A stretch of 49,572 bases of DNA from contig JABLTG010000147.1 in NCBI GenBank assembly GCA_016618085.1, positions 1 through 49,572 of the forward strand. The letters are read 5' to 3'. The translations under genes were made by a program, and so were the position numbers. Shown piece by piece: positions 10,001 to 23,692 of this stretch. Numbering within the stretch: position 1 is the first letter of the stretch; every line of letters starts with the position of its first letter. Under the pieces are notes generated by a model. The model was given only the letters and a program-made list of their open reading frames with translations. It made no database searches and was not told the DNA's origin. Source of the stretch: Neovahlkampfia damariscottae (Eukaryota).

Positions 10001-13000
10001 TGGTGAAGGATTACACAACGGTATTTCTCATATGATTATGGATTATTTTTACATTTATTCAAATGCAACATATGTAGGAAAATGTGGAGGTACTTACTCT
10101 TCAAATCCAGCAGGTTGTAATGGTCGAGGATACTGTAGAGGGGAAACTTGTTCATGTGATTCAGGTTACCAAGGAAGTTTATGTGAAACAGAATACCAAT
10201 GTTTCGGAATTTCATCTTCAACCCCATCAGTTTGTATGAGTCATGGATCTTGTTCAGCACCTGATTATTGTTCCTGTGCTCCTGGATATGTTGGTCAACA
10301 ATGTGAATCCAGGAATTTATTGTGGGATGATATCATAAAACCACTAATATTGTCTGGAAATTCAGGTAAATTAGATGGTGAGACGCTAAAAGAATGTGTC
10401 TTACTTCAAGGAGCTCCTTGTTTTTGTAATTACACTGATAATTATGTGAAGTTTGGATGTAGTTCCGAGTCAGTATTAGAATCAATCGAAATTAAAAATG
10501 CTGGATTAACTGGAAAGTTTCCAGATTTTAGAACTATCAATACTTTAAAAAAATTGGATCTGTCTGGAAATCCTTTGATTTCTTTTTCAACAAATTTTAA
10601 CAATTATCTTCCAAATAGCATTGAAACTTTAATTTTAAATGATTCAAATCAGAAAATTATCAGTACAGCTTTCAATATTTCAACGTTATCAAATTTGAAA
10701 ACAGTTTCATTTGCAGGAACCTCAAGAATCTGTGGAAGCTATTTATGGTAATTTTCATTTTTTTAAATTGTACTTCAGGAATAATTTGAATACTTTTATA
10801 GTTTTTCCAACTTCACGGTTATTTTGTGAATATTCAAATTCAAATTGTGGTAAGAGATTTCTTTTATTGACCATTTCTAGGACTGATATCTGCGGATGAT
10901 CATTTAATTCTTTATGGTGATGAAAGTAAATATATATTTTCATTCAATGAAGTTGATCAAATATGCGGATTTTCAAAAACTACAGTCTATTGTAAAATTG
11001 AATTTGAAAATGGAACAACGACTTTTGAAACACCGTTAGAAGTTACAAATTCCAATGTTACTTGTGATTTGTCAAATAATTTGAATTCATTGAAAACAAA
11101 TATTTCTTTGGTTTGGGGAGATTCAAAAATCAAAATTTCTCAAACAACCAATTTTCATACAGTTTTTTCAGATTATTTGGAAAGAATCAATAAAACAGTT
11201 GAATATTATGCAGATGATTCAATTGTCAATTTTAATTTTCACACTGAAATACACCAAGATTTGCACCAATACTTGTTTTGTAAAATTTCAACCTCATATT
11301 TTCAAGCAAATTCTTTGGGTGGAAGCAAATCTAAATTTTATTGCACAATTCCGTTTTCAACACAAATTTTGGATTATAACACATACTATGCCATCGATTT
11401 TTATTTTAATTATGAATCAAAAAATCTTAAAATTGGTAAATCGACAATGTTAATGGAAAAATTCAGTAAATCATCATTTTACAAATTTTTAAATTTTTTC
11501 AGAGAATTATGGTGTGACATCAATTTCAAAGACAATTGGTGAAACACTGGTGACCCATTACATCAAATTGAACAGCAACCTACCAATTCCAAGATTATTG
11601 GCTCAAAATATTAGACTGAAAACGATAGATAACTCTTTTATCTCTCCTAATTTACCATATTTTAAGAGCATTTCAGATGAAATCCTTTTCGAAGCTGTAA
11701 GAATTCATTTCACTAATAAACAGGAAAATTATGCAATCAATACACAAAGGATTGAAGGATTCTTCAACGAATATTTTCCCAATGGAAATTCTCATTTGAA
11801 GAGTTTTGTTGATTATCCACCAGCTTCTTTTTCACAGACCGGATATTCATCTATATCACCATCTGTAAAATATGTTGCAGAATTTGGACAAATCGGAATT
11901 TACTATGTCTGGATTAGAGGAACAGGAAATGGAACTGTTTTTATTGGTGTAGACGGAAATGAAGCATCAATTGAGGATTATTTACCAATTATTGACACCG
12001 AAATCAACTGGAAAAATGATAAATCAACTGGTTCCAGATATAACTTTAGCATTGACTCAATTGGATCTCATACAGTGGAAATATTTTTTAGATCAGGTTC
12101 AGTTGAAATGGATAAAATTTTACTCACAAAGAATTCATCTTTCACCCCAATAGATTCAGGGTCAGATTCCTCACCTTTCATCGGAACTCAACACCCAGAT
12201 ATGTACACCATTGTTTCACAATCAACTCCAGGGATATTTTCATATTCAATGTGGTATACTTCTACAATTGAATCTTATGAAATCACCAATACTTCAAATA
12301 ATTTTATTTTGATGAAAAAAGGAAATATATCAGGAGTCCATCCTCATGGAGGTATTAATCGTCAACAAGTCAACATTACATTGTTTACTGATATTCCTTA
12401 TTTCAATTATGGTGGAAATGTGTCCTACCATTGCAAATTTGGGACAAAATACTTTATTGCAAATCAAAACGGAAGCAATTTTAGTTGTGAGCTATACTCA
12501 AGTTCATTTGAATTCAACATTGTGTCTATTCAACTCATTGCCAAGAATGTATTTACACAAGAGGAGTTGTTGCTATCTAATACTAAACCTGAATTCTATT
12601 TTTATGGTAAACTATATTCAATTAATCTCTTGTTTCCAGAACCATTAGTTTATTCAAAACATTATCCATACATCACAAAATCGACTTTAAAAGAGTTTCC
12701 TATTACTATTGATGTTACAAACTATCCAAAAAATGATTCAAGGGTTTATTGTCGTCAAATTAAAGAAAATGGAGATGTTCAATATCACAAATCCATTGAG
12801 TTGTCTGAAAATCAAATACAATGCACTTTATCTATAACAAATGTTTCACTTTGGAATTCAGATGAAATCATTGTTGGTATTTGGGCAAATGAATCCACAT
12901 CTTTTGGAGAATCTTCATTTTACATTTCAAATAATGTATCTCATTTAGTATTTATTGATCCATTTAAAACCACAATTCCATCAATTATTTCAACTGGAAA

Positions 13001-16000
13001 TTTTGGGAAATTTTTCAACATCAATGTTTCATCACTTTCAATCTCACATTTGAGCACCAAATTCATAGTATCACCTGAATATTTTGGCGATACAACAGAA
13101 TACATAGCCGATTGCAGTGGATTCACTTGTATCTTCCCTGAAGTTTTGATTCCTTATGTTCCTTTGAATATGAATATCAAAGCGTCATTCAAATGGGGCA
13201 CATTACCAGAGATCAATATCACAGGAGAATCATTTCATTATACTGGTAAGAAAATAATTCTTTGATCATTTTAGAATATTTGACAATTTTGAATGAAAAT
13301 TCTTTCCTTGTGAACTTGAATTCAATTTCAACAATCTATTTCAACTTATCACAAAATTTAAATCCATTATTTGATTATTATTTGATTGATGAAAATAATG
13401 TCACTCAAATTCCACAAATAGATTCGAGTACAATTTCTGGAAGTTTCTATTCTTCAACTGAAAAAAGTTCAAACGTATTTTTGAAAGTGAATACTTCAGT
13501 TATTGGATTGGTTGATATTGTTCCTTTTGCTTCAAGAATTGATTTTCACGGTAAGTTCAAAAATTAAAAGACTAACCTATCAGATATTATGTTATCTCCA
13601 TTGCATTTCAACATTAGAAATTTGATTTCATTCAATTTATACTTTGGATCAAACATGAACTATACGGTTCCTTCAAAATATTCAAGCTCTCCTTCAAGAT
13701 TCGTGCTGTTTATCACTCAAAATTCTGTTACAAAAAGTGCTTTGTGTTCTGTTGACAGTGTTTCTACAATATGTGGTCCATACAATTTCATGGATAGTTC
13801 AAAATCAGTTATCGTTGGTGTATCGCATTTAGAATTTCAAAACCTCACTTCAGAAAATTCATTCAATTTGACATTTCCAAAAACAAATGTTTTAGGATAC
13901 AAAACTTCAAATGTAGAGAAATTCTTTCCAAAAATTTCATTGTCAAAGAATTATACAATGACAGTGGACTTGCAAGATGAAGTAATGAAATTTGGTGATT
14001 CGTATTTGTTGCAAAACAGTCAATTTTATTGTAAAATCAATGGAAGTTCAATTGAATACCCAGCAACGTTATTAAGTTATAAACAGTTCAATTGTACTAT
14101 TGAGTATCTTGGTTTCAATGATATTCATTTAGATCTTTATTTGAGATCACCACAAATATCAAATGATAGTCATTTAATCACAACTGTTTCATCAACTGGT
14201 TATTTCACAGATCAAGGTTATATTTCATTCACTGAAAAAAATCCTGAAAGGTTGTTTTACACTGAACAAACATCATCAGTGGTTCAAGTAAAGCTCAATA
14301 CTTCAATTCCAGACTCATTATTAAGCAAAGTAAGATGTTCAATCAAATCCGATTTTTCCATCTTCACAACAACTATTGTTCATTCAAATGAAGATGGGAA
14401 TTATTTTTTCAATTGTACATTCTTTATTGAAACACCAAAGAAATATGAAATGATTTTGGTTTATTACAATTCAGATTATCCTTCAAGTATGTTTACCTAT
14501 TCTTCAAATTCGTTGGAACTGGCTTTTGTTAGTAAGGAAATTCATCACTAATTTTTCAGGAAAAACATCAATTCTATCAAAAAATCCAGCTGCTGGAATT
14601 TTCAACAGAACTGTCAATTTAGAATTAAAAACTCAATTTGTTGAAGTTGACTACGGAAATGCATCATACTATTGTAAATATGGATTGTCCAACGGAGACA
14701 TTTATTCAAACATTACAACTGCAACTTTATCCAATCAACAATTCACATGTGATATTTATTCTGAGAAAATTTTAACTTATAAAGTTTCAATTTGGATGGA
14801 AGTATTTGATACAATGAAACAAATTGTGTTGGTTTCAGAAGAATTTAGATTTATTGGTAAGTATTTATTTGTAATTGATTCTTTAGATGAGAATTTTTTC
14901 ACTCCTTCATATGGATCAACTTCAGGAAATGAGGTTGTAAAAATTGAAGAATACAAAGCAAATTTAGAATCAGACGTTGTTTACAAAGATTATCTTACCA
15001 AAAAGTTTCCTTGTAATGTGACATCAGGACAACTTATTTGCATTTCACCAAATGTGGAAAATGTAATTTCTCCATTTCAATCTGAAGAATTGATATTCAC
15101 TAATAATTCAAACCCACTTGGTCTTGAATTTATTTTGTACAAGAAATTGGAAATCGAATCTATTTTTCCATCTGTAATGCCATCAAAATTAGGAACAACT
15201 TACCCAATCAATATTACTTTAAATTATAATTTCACAATGTTACAAGGATCAGTTGTTGTTGTTGTTGGTGTTGGAAATGACGCATATATTTCAAGGTATG
15301 AACAGATTCCTTCGGTTGAACAAATGGTAATCTCTGAAAATTCAATTGCATCTCTTCAACCTGATTCCTATTCAGTTGGAATATTTTATAAACATCCAAA
15401 ATCGATTGAAATCCAGTAAGAATTCTCATGATATTTAAGATCTTAAATAGAAATCAATTTTTGATAACTGGACTCTACAATGTATCTTTTGTAAATGTGA
15501 AAGGAACTTTATCTTATACTTCAAGCACATCAAATATTGTTTACATCAATGAAACATTGATTCTTGGAGTGAAATATTCAAACAAATTGACATCAGATGA
15601 AAAAGAGCATATCAGATGCAAACTAGGAAATCAAATTGTCTCTACAACAAATAATGGAAGTTTCTTCACGTGTACTGTGAAAGGAAACAGCTCATCAGTT
15701 CAAAATTTGACTTTATGGTATATTTCAGATGAAACTATTAATGGAGAATTTCAATTGTCCAAAACTGTTTTGCCTGTTATTTTTGTGGATCCTATTTCCA
15801 TTAAAAGTATTGATCCATTTGCAAGTTCAAGCAAAATGAAATTAATTCCATTTATTTCAACAAATCAAAAAGAAAATTACTTTACCAATTTTGTTGAATA
15901 TCAATGTCGAAAAGAAAATGATTCATCAATTGCGCAATATTCCAATTCGAAATTTAATTGCACAATGGAATCAATATCTTCTTTCAAAAGCAGAAATGTA

Positions 16001-19000
16001 TCAATTTCATTGTGGATCGTTTCAAAAATGACTCACCATTCATTGCGATACAGTTCAAATGAAATTGAATATATCTTTTATGGTAAGTCAATTGTTTAAG
16101 AATTTAAAAATCTACAGAACCGTATTCAATGGAGTACATTTATCCATTCGCTGACTCTTATTCTACTGGGACAAAAACTTTGAATATTTCCATACCAAAT
16201 GGATATCATTCAGATAACTCGTTGTATTGTCAATATAATTCGACGGATGGATTAAAAGATACTCCTGCAAAATCATCAGGATCTCATATCTATTGCACAA
16301 TGACAAAAACACATTTTGAAAAATCTACAGAAGAAATTGAAGTCACTTTGATTGTGAAAACATCTTTAGAAACGTCAGTGAAACATCAATTAAGTTTAAA
16401 CTCACATACATTTGTTTTATTTAATCAATCAATTGGTTTTTCTTTTACAGATGATTACTTAGATTACACAAATGCAAATCCATCTCATCCAAGAATTACA
16501 GATTACTTAGTGCCAAAAGTTTCAAGATTATATTCAATATCTTACTCGGCTTTAGCACCAAATTCAGACAGCGGAATCGTTCCAAGTTGCACAGCGAAAT
16601 CGGGAAATATGTTGTATTGTTTATTGTCAACTACACAATTATCACCTGTTTATCAACCTGCAATTTACAACTTCAATTTAATAATTCAATTTTCAACAAC
16701 AGTAAATTTGAAGCATGTGCTCAGTTTGAGGCCAGTTACTTACTTCAAAAATAAGAAATCAATTTCTGATATTTCACCAAGATTTGCTTCATTTAGGGAT
16801 AGTTTCAAAACAAAATCAAACTTCTATTTGAACATTTCTCATTCTTTTAACACAGAGACATTCGATTTCTATTGTAAAGGAATTTATGGAACCAGCAATG
16901 AAACTCAAATCTCACCTGCAGTTTTAATTTCGAAAGATGAATCTTCAACTTTATTCAAGTGCTCATTTAATAGTCGATTGAAGCAAGAAACCATTTATAC
17001 ACAATTGTTTTTTGACATTAACAATTCGAAATATTATCTTTCAGCTGTGGATACTCTTAAATTCTATGATAATGAAAGGTTGAAAAAGACGCACGGTTTT
17101 TTTCAGCAAAAAGATATTTCAATTGATCTTCCTGAAATAGATTCAAAATCAATTTATGAAATCAAATTCAATTACAACAGCAACTTGTATTCAATGGAAA
17201 ATTGCACATTAAGTTCAACTTTAAGTTGCAATCTCCCAACTTTTGATTTGACATTTACATCAGATTCACTTGAATTGGTATTATATGTGAACGGTTATGA
17301 ATCAATGAAATTGTATCCGTATTTTCAAGTGTACAAAATTCCGAAATTAATTTCAATTTCACCATCGAAGTTTTTTTTAACAAAGAAAAAGCAAGATTTG
17401 GAATTCATTGGGAATAACTACGACGCTCTACCAAGAGGATTCAGTTATTATATGAAATATATTGATTCAAACAGAACATGGATTTCGGATGAAATCTGTT
17501 CATATGTTTCACAAACAGTAATTACATGCTCTTCACCTTCAATTGATACAGTTGACACCATAGTAGCTTACATTTCCGTAAATAATGTTGATTTTGTGAA
17601 TTTTACTACAATAACTTCATACGATCAACCAACTTTTTCGGAAACCACCCCAGTCACAACTGAGATTGGAAAATATGAAACGATCTCCTGTCTAGCCAAT
17701 ATGAATATTACAAGTGATACTTTGAAGATGAAATTCACTAATGCATATGTAAGTGAAGTAGTTTCAGCAACTAAAAATGGAAACAAAATCTCTTCTACTT
17801 TTCCAAACTTATGGAGTTATCAAACACTTGTTTATCCAATTGACTTGAATGTATATGCTTCATTGGACGGAATTAATTATTATTCATGTCAGAAAAGTAT
17901 CAGAGTGAATGGATTCAATTCTTTCAATATGTATCCAGTTGATTTTCCGAGTTATTTGGAAAAGTTAACATTTTCTATTTCATCATTTCCAACAATTCAA
18001 CATGAATATGGAGATATTTTCAGTGCTAAATTGGTTCAAAATATTTTAACTTTAGAAAATATTGAATTCAATTGCACTGAACAATTCAAAAGTTGTCATT
18101 CTACAAACTCGATTTCCACCTCAGGAAATTATTCAATTGAGTTTTATAAAAATTCAGTCATCATTCCTGTGGAATTTGATACAATAATTAATGTTTTTGG
18201 TAAGTTTTCCTTTGATCTAAAACTCATAGATATTCCCTCATTTTCGTTACAAACCAAGAAACTGATGAAAAAGATGAACTCATATTCCACAATTTTTGGA
18301 AGCAATTTTTTGAAATATTCAAGTTCCATTAAATTGAAATTAGTTATGAATTCAAAAGTATTCATTCCAAATGATTTAAATGTTGTCAAAGATACAGAAA
18401 TACAATACAAATTCGATCAAATCAATGAAACAGTAAATTCAAAAGGTTTTCTTTGGATTTCTTTCACGGAAGGTGTCAATTATGTTCAAATACCTCATGA
18501 ATTGACTTTGATAAGTAAGTTTATTTTTCTCTTATCATTCAAGATGTTTTTTCCATTAATTTGATAGAAAATGATCAAACACCAACCTCAAATGTGGCTT
18601 ATACATTCAGAAGTACAAATTTAACAATTCATTGTTCTTTATTACCATCAATTGAAGTTCCTAAAATCAGATTTTCAAATAATTTCTTTAATTATGATGT
18701 GCCTTCAACAGATATCCTTTTACTTCGAAATTCAATTATTCAAGTAAAAGCCCCAAGTTTTAGTGAATACAAATTACAAAATAATTTTTCATTCCCACTA
18801 TCATTAAAGTTAGGAATATCATACAATGATGGAGTTGAATACGCTGAAAGTGATTTTTCTTATGACAAAAAGATATTGAATGTTGTTTTCTTTTCAGTAA
18901 CTCCAAACATTATCCACAGAGAGGCAAAGAATTTAACAACACAAGGAGTTGGATTTGAAGATGTCACAAAATGTCAATACAGAAAATTAAATGATGAACT

Positions 19001-22000
19001 AATTGTTGAAACAGATCCAATTTTTGAAGGATCAACTATGATTTGTCCAATTCCGAAAATCACAGATCAATCAGCTATAACCATTGATCTGTTGAATAAA
19101 TTTGAAGAAATAACAACAGGTCTCCCAATTATATTTTATGACCGACCAATTGTCAATGATATTTCACCGAAAGAAGGAAATCCAATTTTACATCCAACTT
19201 TGACAGTTTCAGGAATATTCCCAAATGCTACGATTTATTGTAAGTTCGGTGTTACTCCATGTAATGATCCTTGTATATGGGTAAGCTCAAACGAAATCAA
19301 ATGTGGTCGTATGCTTTACATATTTTTTTTACATTTTTTTAGTAATTCCTCATTCACCTGGCAATACGTCATTCTACATTTCATATAATAAATTGGACTG
19401 GATCACAGGAGGTGAAAATTCATTGTACTATTTTGATACTTGTCCAGTTGGATACACAGCACCAAACTATACTCAAACATGCACCCCTTGTCCTTTAGGA
19501 ACTTATAAGTCAACAGAAGGATATTATGATTGCATAAAATGTGATGAAGGTATGTTTCAAAATTCAACAGGACAAACAAGTTGTTTTACTTGTCCTGGAA
19601 ATAAAACATCAACTGTCAAAGGTTTAAAGGGAGAAAATGAATGTGTTTGTAAGAAAAATTATTTTTGGAATCCAGATGGAAGTAGAACTTGTTTAAATTG
19701 TCCTATTGGTGCATCTTGTCCCGAATACAATATGTCAATCCCAAACGCAAAAGAAGGTTACTGGTTTTCCAAGGATAATATTCAAGTTTTTTACAGCTGT
19801 CTTCCAAAAGCAAGTTGCCCTGGTTATGGTGCTTCTAATTGTTCAGCAGGTTATACTGGTCAAAGATGTGGTTTTTGTGCAGAAAGATGGTATCGTTCAA
19901 AAACATATTGTGTTCAATGTGATGAAATCTTGTTCTCATGGGGTAAGTTAATCGTGTTTGCTGTTGCTATTGGATTGATTGGAATCATTGTAGTCACATT
20001 TTTTGCCTTATCTTCAACAAAAATATCTCATTTGACTTCACTAAGGTAATCAATATTTCATTGTTTTTGACTTTTCTCTAAGTATTGCTTGGTCATTTTG
20101 GCAAATTATTTCATTATTCGCAACATTTGAAATTGAGTGGCCTTGGATAGTTGACACAACTCTCACTGCTGCTTCTTCTTCAAACTTTAATGTAAATTCA
20201 AATTTTTTAACCATATATTGGTAGTTTGATTTCTTAGCTCCTGCATGTATCCTTCCTTGGATCAAATATATTCATGAATACTTTTTTCAAATATCACTTC
20301 CTTTAGTAATGTTATTGGGATTCATTTGTCTTTATGTTGCTGGAATTTGTAGAGCAATTTTTGCGAATCACATTGGAAAAAAAATTGCAAAAGCATTGAA
20401 AATTCGATACATCACACCTTTGAAAGAAAAAATATTAGATGATTATCAAAAATCAAAAATGACAAAGATTCAATTGATCAAGGTTCAAGTTGGAAATATC
20501 AAAATCTTATTGTTCAATGGTATCATTTGGTGTATCAATTTTTGTACATGGTTGTTCAAAGAAACTCAAAACAGACAAGAACTCAAATCTTTTTTCAACA
20601 AAATTTTCAACTCATATTTGTCATTTATCAGTGTTTTTTACATTAGAATTATGACAACTTCTGCTCAGATTTTTGTTTGCACTTATCAACCTGATGGATC
20701 ATGGACATTGAACAAAAGTTCAGATTTATTCTGTTTTCAAGGAATTTGGTGGGCAATGCTTCCAATTTCAGGTTTAACATTCTTGGTATTTGGTTTAGGA
20801 ACATTCCTATATTTTGGAACAATTATCATTTTTTATAAGAAATTGAAAGATAATACAACATTCAATGAAATCAACAAATTTACAATGAGAAAATTCAAGA
20901 ACAAGAGATTCTATTGGGAAGGTGTAGATACATTTAGAAAAGGTGCAATCTCAATTTTACAGATTTTTTTTGATCCTATGTTATTGACATCAGCTTGTAT
21001 TGGTGTTATATTTTCAGCTTTTCTATTACATTTTAGATTCATTCCTTATCGAAAGAAATTTCAGTAATTCAAATTTCATCTAATCTTCATAGTAATGTAA
21101 TGGAGTATTTTGTTCTATTAACGACTCTATTTTCGTTAATTTTTGGTTTATTATTCTTTGTTGATTCATTACCTGGTCAATCATATCCATACTGGTTAAA
21201 ATTATCACTAACTATATTAACAATGATTGTGATTGTTGGTGGAAATTTATTTGTTGTTATTATGATCATTTATGATGTATTTGTCAGAAGAAAAAAATCT
21301 AAAAAGAAAGAAAAAAAGAAAAAAGAAGCAGAAGAAGAATTAAAGAATTTCAGAAAGAATCAAGATCAAACATTAGAATTCATTCATGGAACAAAAATAT
21401 TAGAACAAACAGAACTTCCATGGGATGTTGAATATGAATACAAATTTGAAATTCTATCGGAATCTGATGAAGATGATCCTGATGATCATATCCATGGATT
21501 GAATGATATATTTGATGATTTATTCTCCACTAGAAGGTTTAAAAAGAAAGTTGATATTGCCAAAAGAAAAGGAGCAAAATTTGGTGTTAAAATTGTTTCA
21601 AATACAAGTAAAGTCAGATCGAGACTGTCAAAGAGATATAGTAGAGAATCAATGTTTGAAGAAAGTCTAAAGAATATCAAAGATTTTGATGAATCACAAC
21701 AAAAACAAAAAAGATCATCAATGGCACTAAATTTTGATTTAGCATTGGAAAAATTACAAAAAGCCTCAGAAAAACAAACACCAAAAGATGAAAAAGTTGA
21801 AATCCAAAAAAGAATTGAAGAAAAAAGAAAAGAAAGATTGAACACAATCAAGAAAAAAGCAGGATCAAAAGTAGTTGAAATGCGTGGTAGAAAAAAGAGT
21901 CTAGATGGAATTGATTTGATTGGAACTGCTCATTTATCACCAGACATTCAAGATAATATCTTATTTGATAGTCGAAGAAGAAGTCAAGATTCTGATATTT

Positions 22001-22167
22001 CATTCATTAACAAAAGAAGTAAAGAAAGTGGAAGTCCAGGGAGTCCAGATTCAACTTTGTCAACCGGTTTATCATCAACATATGATGAAAAATTCTATGA
22101 AAGCAAAAAACTTCGAGGAGGTAAAAAGAATAGATCGTTGAGTAATGATTTTGATATTGATTTCTAA
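7010..22167 (+). CDS. Giant multi-exon surface protein: signal peptide, RCC1 repeats, LamG/pentraxin-like, EGF, LRR, many IPT/Ig-like repeats, Cys-rich repeats, multi-TM region, charged cytoplasmic tail
   Basis: GYNSNGKLGLG and GRNDNSHLGDG (RCC1); CNGRGYC..CSCDSGYQG (EGF); LKKLDLSGN (LRR); PIVNDISPKEG..YCKFG (IPT); CTPCPLGTYK (Cys-rich); hydrophobic helices ~19950-21280. Frames are joined by short GT-AG introns. Confidence 0.8.
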
Positions 22168-22173
22168 ATAGAA

Positions 22174-22842
22174 TTAAATTTTCATTTTTTTAACATCATT
22201 TTCTTCTTGATCTTCATTTGCTTTTGTTTTTCTTTTTGCTTTTTTTATTCTTTTTGATAATATTTCATAATCTGTCTCAATATCATATTTTGAAGGTGAT
22301 GTCTCATCAATTTCAAAATTGTTCTTCAAATAAAATTTCAAAGAATTTTCATTTTTTTTTAAATTTGTCAACATGATGTATTCCAATTTTGTCTTTTTGG
22401 AAATTTCTTCCAATAGTGAAATGAAGATTGTTCCAAGACCTTTTCCTTGAAAATTACTCGAAATATGTAATTCATATAAATAGACAATTTTTCTTTTATC
22501 TTTTTCATCTTGATGTGGATTCTCTTCCAAATCAAATTGAAAACAAGAAAATCCAAGAATATTTTCTTCATTTTTTGAATCATAAATTATAATATATTTC
22601 ATATTCTTTTGTTTCATTTCTTTTTTTTTTTCATTTTCATTCCAACCCCATTCAGAATTTTCATAAAAAGTTTTAATATTTTTTTTCAGAATTTGAAAGA
22701 TTTTTTCAAATTTTTCTTTGTTTAATTTGTGATAGTACTTGATGGTATATTTAGATTCTAATGGTTTCATTGTTTCTGGAATCAAATCAAGAATGTCATC
22801 AACTTTGTTAATTTCTTCAATTGCTTTTTGTAATTTTTTCAT
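22174..22842 (-). CDS. NAA40: N-alpha-acetyltransferase 40 (NatD)-like GNAT
   Basis: FYENSEWGWNENEKKKEM, VYLYELHI..QGKGLG, FEIDETSPS, YEILSK. Confidence 0.9.
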   Translation of the reverse strand: MKKLQKAIEEINKVDDILDLIPETMKPLESKYTIKYYHKLNKEKFEKIFQILKKNIKTFYENSEWGWNENEKKKEMKQKNMKYIIIYDSKNEENILGFSCFQFDLEENPHQDEKDKRKIVYLYELHISSNFQGKGLGTIFISLLEEISKKTKLEYIMLTNLKKNENSLKFYLKNNFEIDETSPSKYDIETDYEILSKRIKKAKRKTKANEDQEENDVKKMKI

Positions 22843-23115
22843 TGGATAATTTCTTAAATGGTGTTTGCACTGTTAAAAATCAAAGAAGCAATGGAAAATT
22901 TTGCATTTTTTTCTTTGAAGAGAACAGAAATCAGATCTTCAAATTGATTGACTTTTAAGAGGAGAGTCCACAAGCTTTTTTTTCATTGTTCAATGAATTT
23001 TATGCTCCTTTACAATTTAAATATTGTTATTTCTTCCAAGATTCTTTCCAAAGAAGAATCAACATTGAAATTGAACAAAAATTTAAACAAATCAAATTTA
23101 ACCTCTTCATCTCTC

Positions 23116-23682
23116 ATGCAAAAACTATCAAAAGAAGCAAAACATTTAATAGAGAGTTTATCAAGGCACAAACAAAAATACCCAACAGAATCTCAAATGA
23201 TTGAAGATTTTACTTCATTTGTTAAACAATATCCAGAAGAAAGTTATTATCGTTCACTTCTTTGTGGACATTTGACAGCATCTGCTTTTGTTTTGAACAA
23301 GAAATTGGATAAAGTCTTATTGACTCATCACAAAAAAATGGGCATTTGGATTCAATTAGGTGGACATGCAGATGGTGATAAAGACTTACTCAAAGTGGCT
23401 TTGAAAGAAGCACAAGAAGAATCTGGCATTAAACATTTCAATATTTTACTAAATTCAGAAATATTTGACGTTGGAATAAGATTTGTACCAAAATATAAAG
23501 ATACACCAGAACATTATCATTATGACATTTGTTATGCACTTCAAGTTCAAAACAGTGAAGAATTCACTGTTTCTGAGGAATCTAATGATTTGAAATGGGC
23601 ACAAATCACAAAAATGAAGGATTACTCTCAAGAAGAAGCAATCAACATTATGGCATTAAAATGGTTGAATTTGAAAGAATAA
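23116..23682 (+). CDS. Nudix hydrolase
   Basis: GHLTASAFV, WIQLGGHADG..ALKEAQEESG Nudix box, HYHYD, ESNDLKW. Start chosen at MQKLSK. Confidence 0.88.
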   Translation: MQKLSKEAKHLIESLSRHKQKYPTESQMIEDFTSFVKQYPEESYYRSLLCGHLTASAFVLNKKLDKVLLTHHKKMGIWIQLGGHADGDKDLLKVALKEAQEESGIKHFNILLNSEIFDVGIRFVPKYKDTPEHYHYDICYALQVQNSEEFTVSEESNDLKWAQITKMKDYSQEEAINIMALKWLNLKE

Positions 23683-23692
23683 ACATAAATAT

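Noticed and set aside
22948..23115. N-terminal extensions of ORF-track calls from TTG/GTG starts (also 33742, 34633, 49407)
   Set aside because: Eukaryotic locus; downstream ATGs, usually next to a CCAAT box, fit better.
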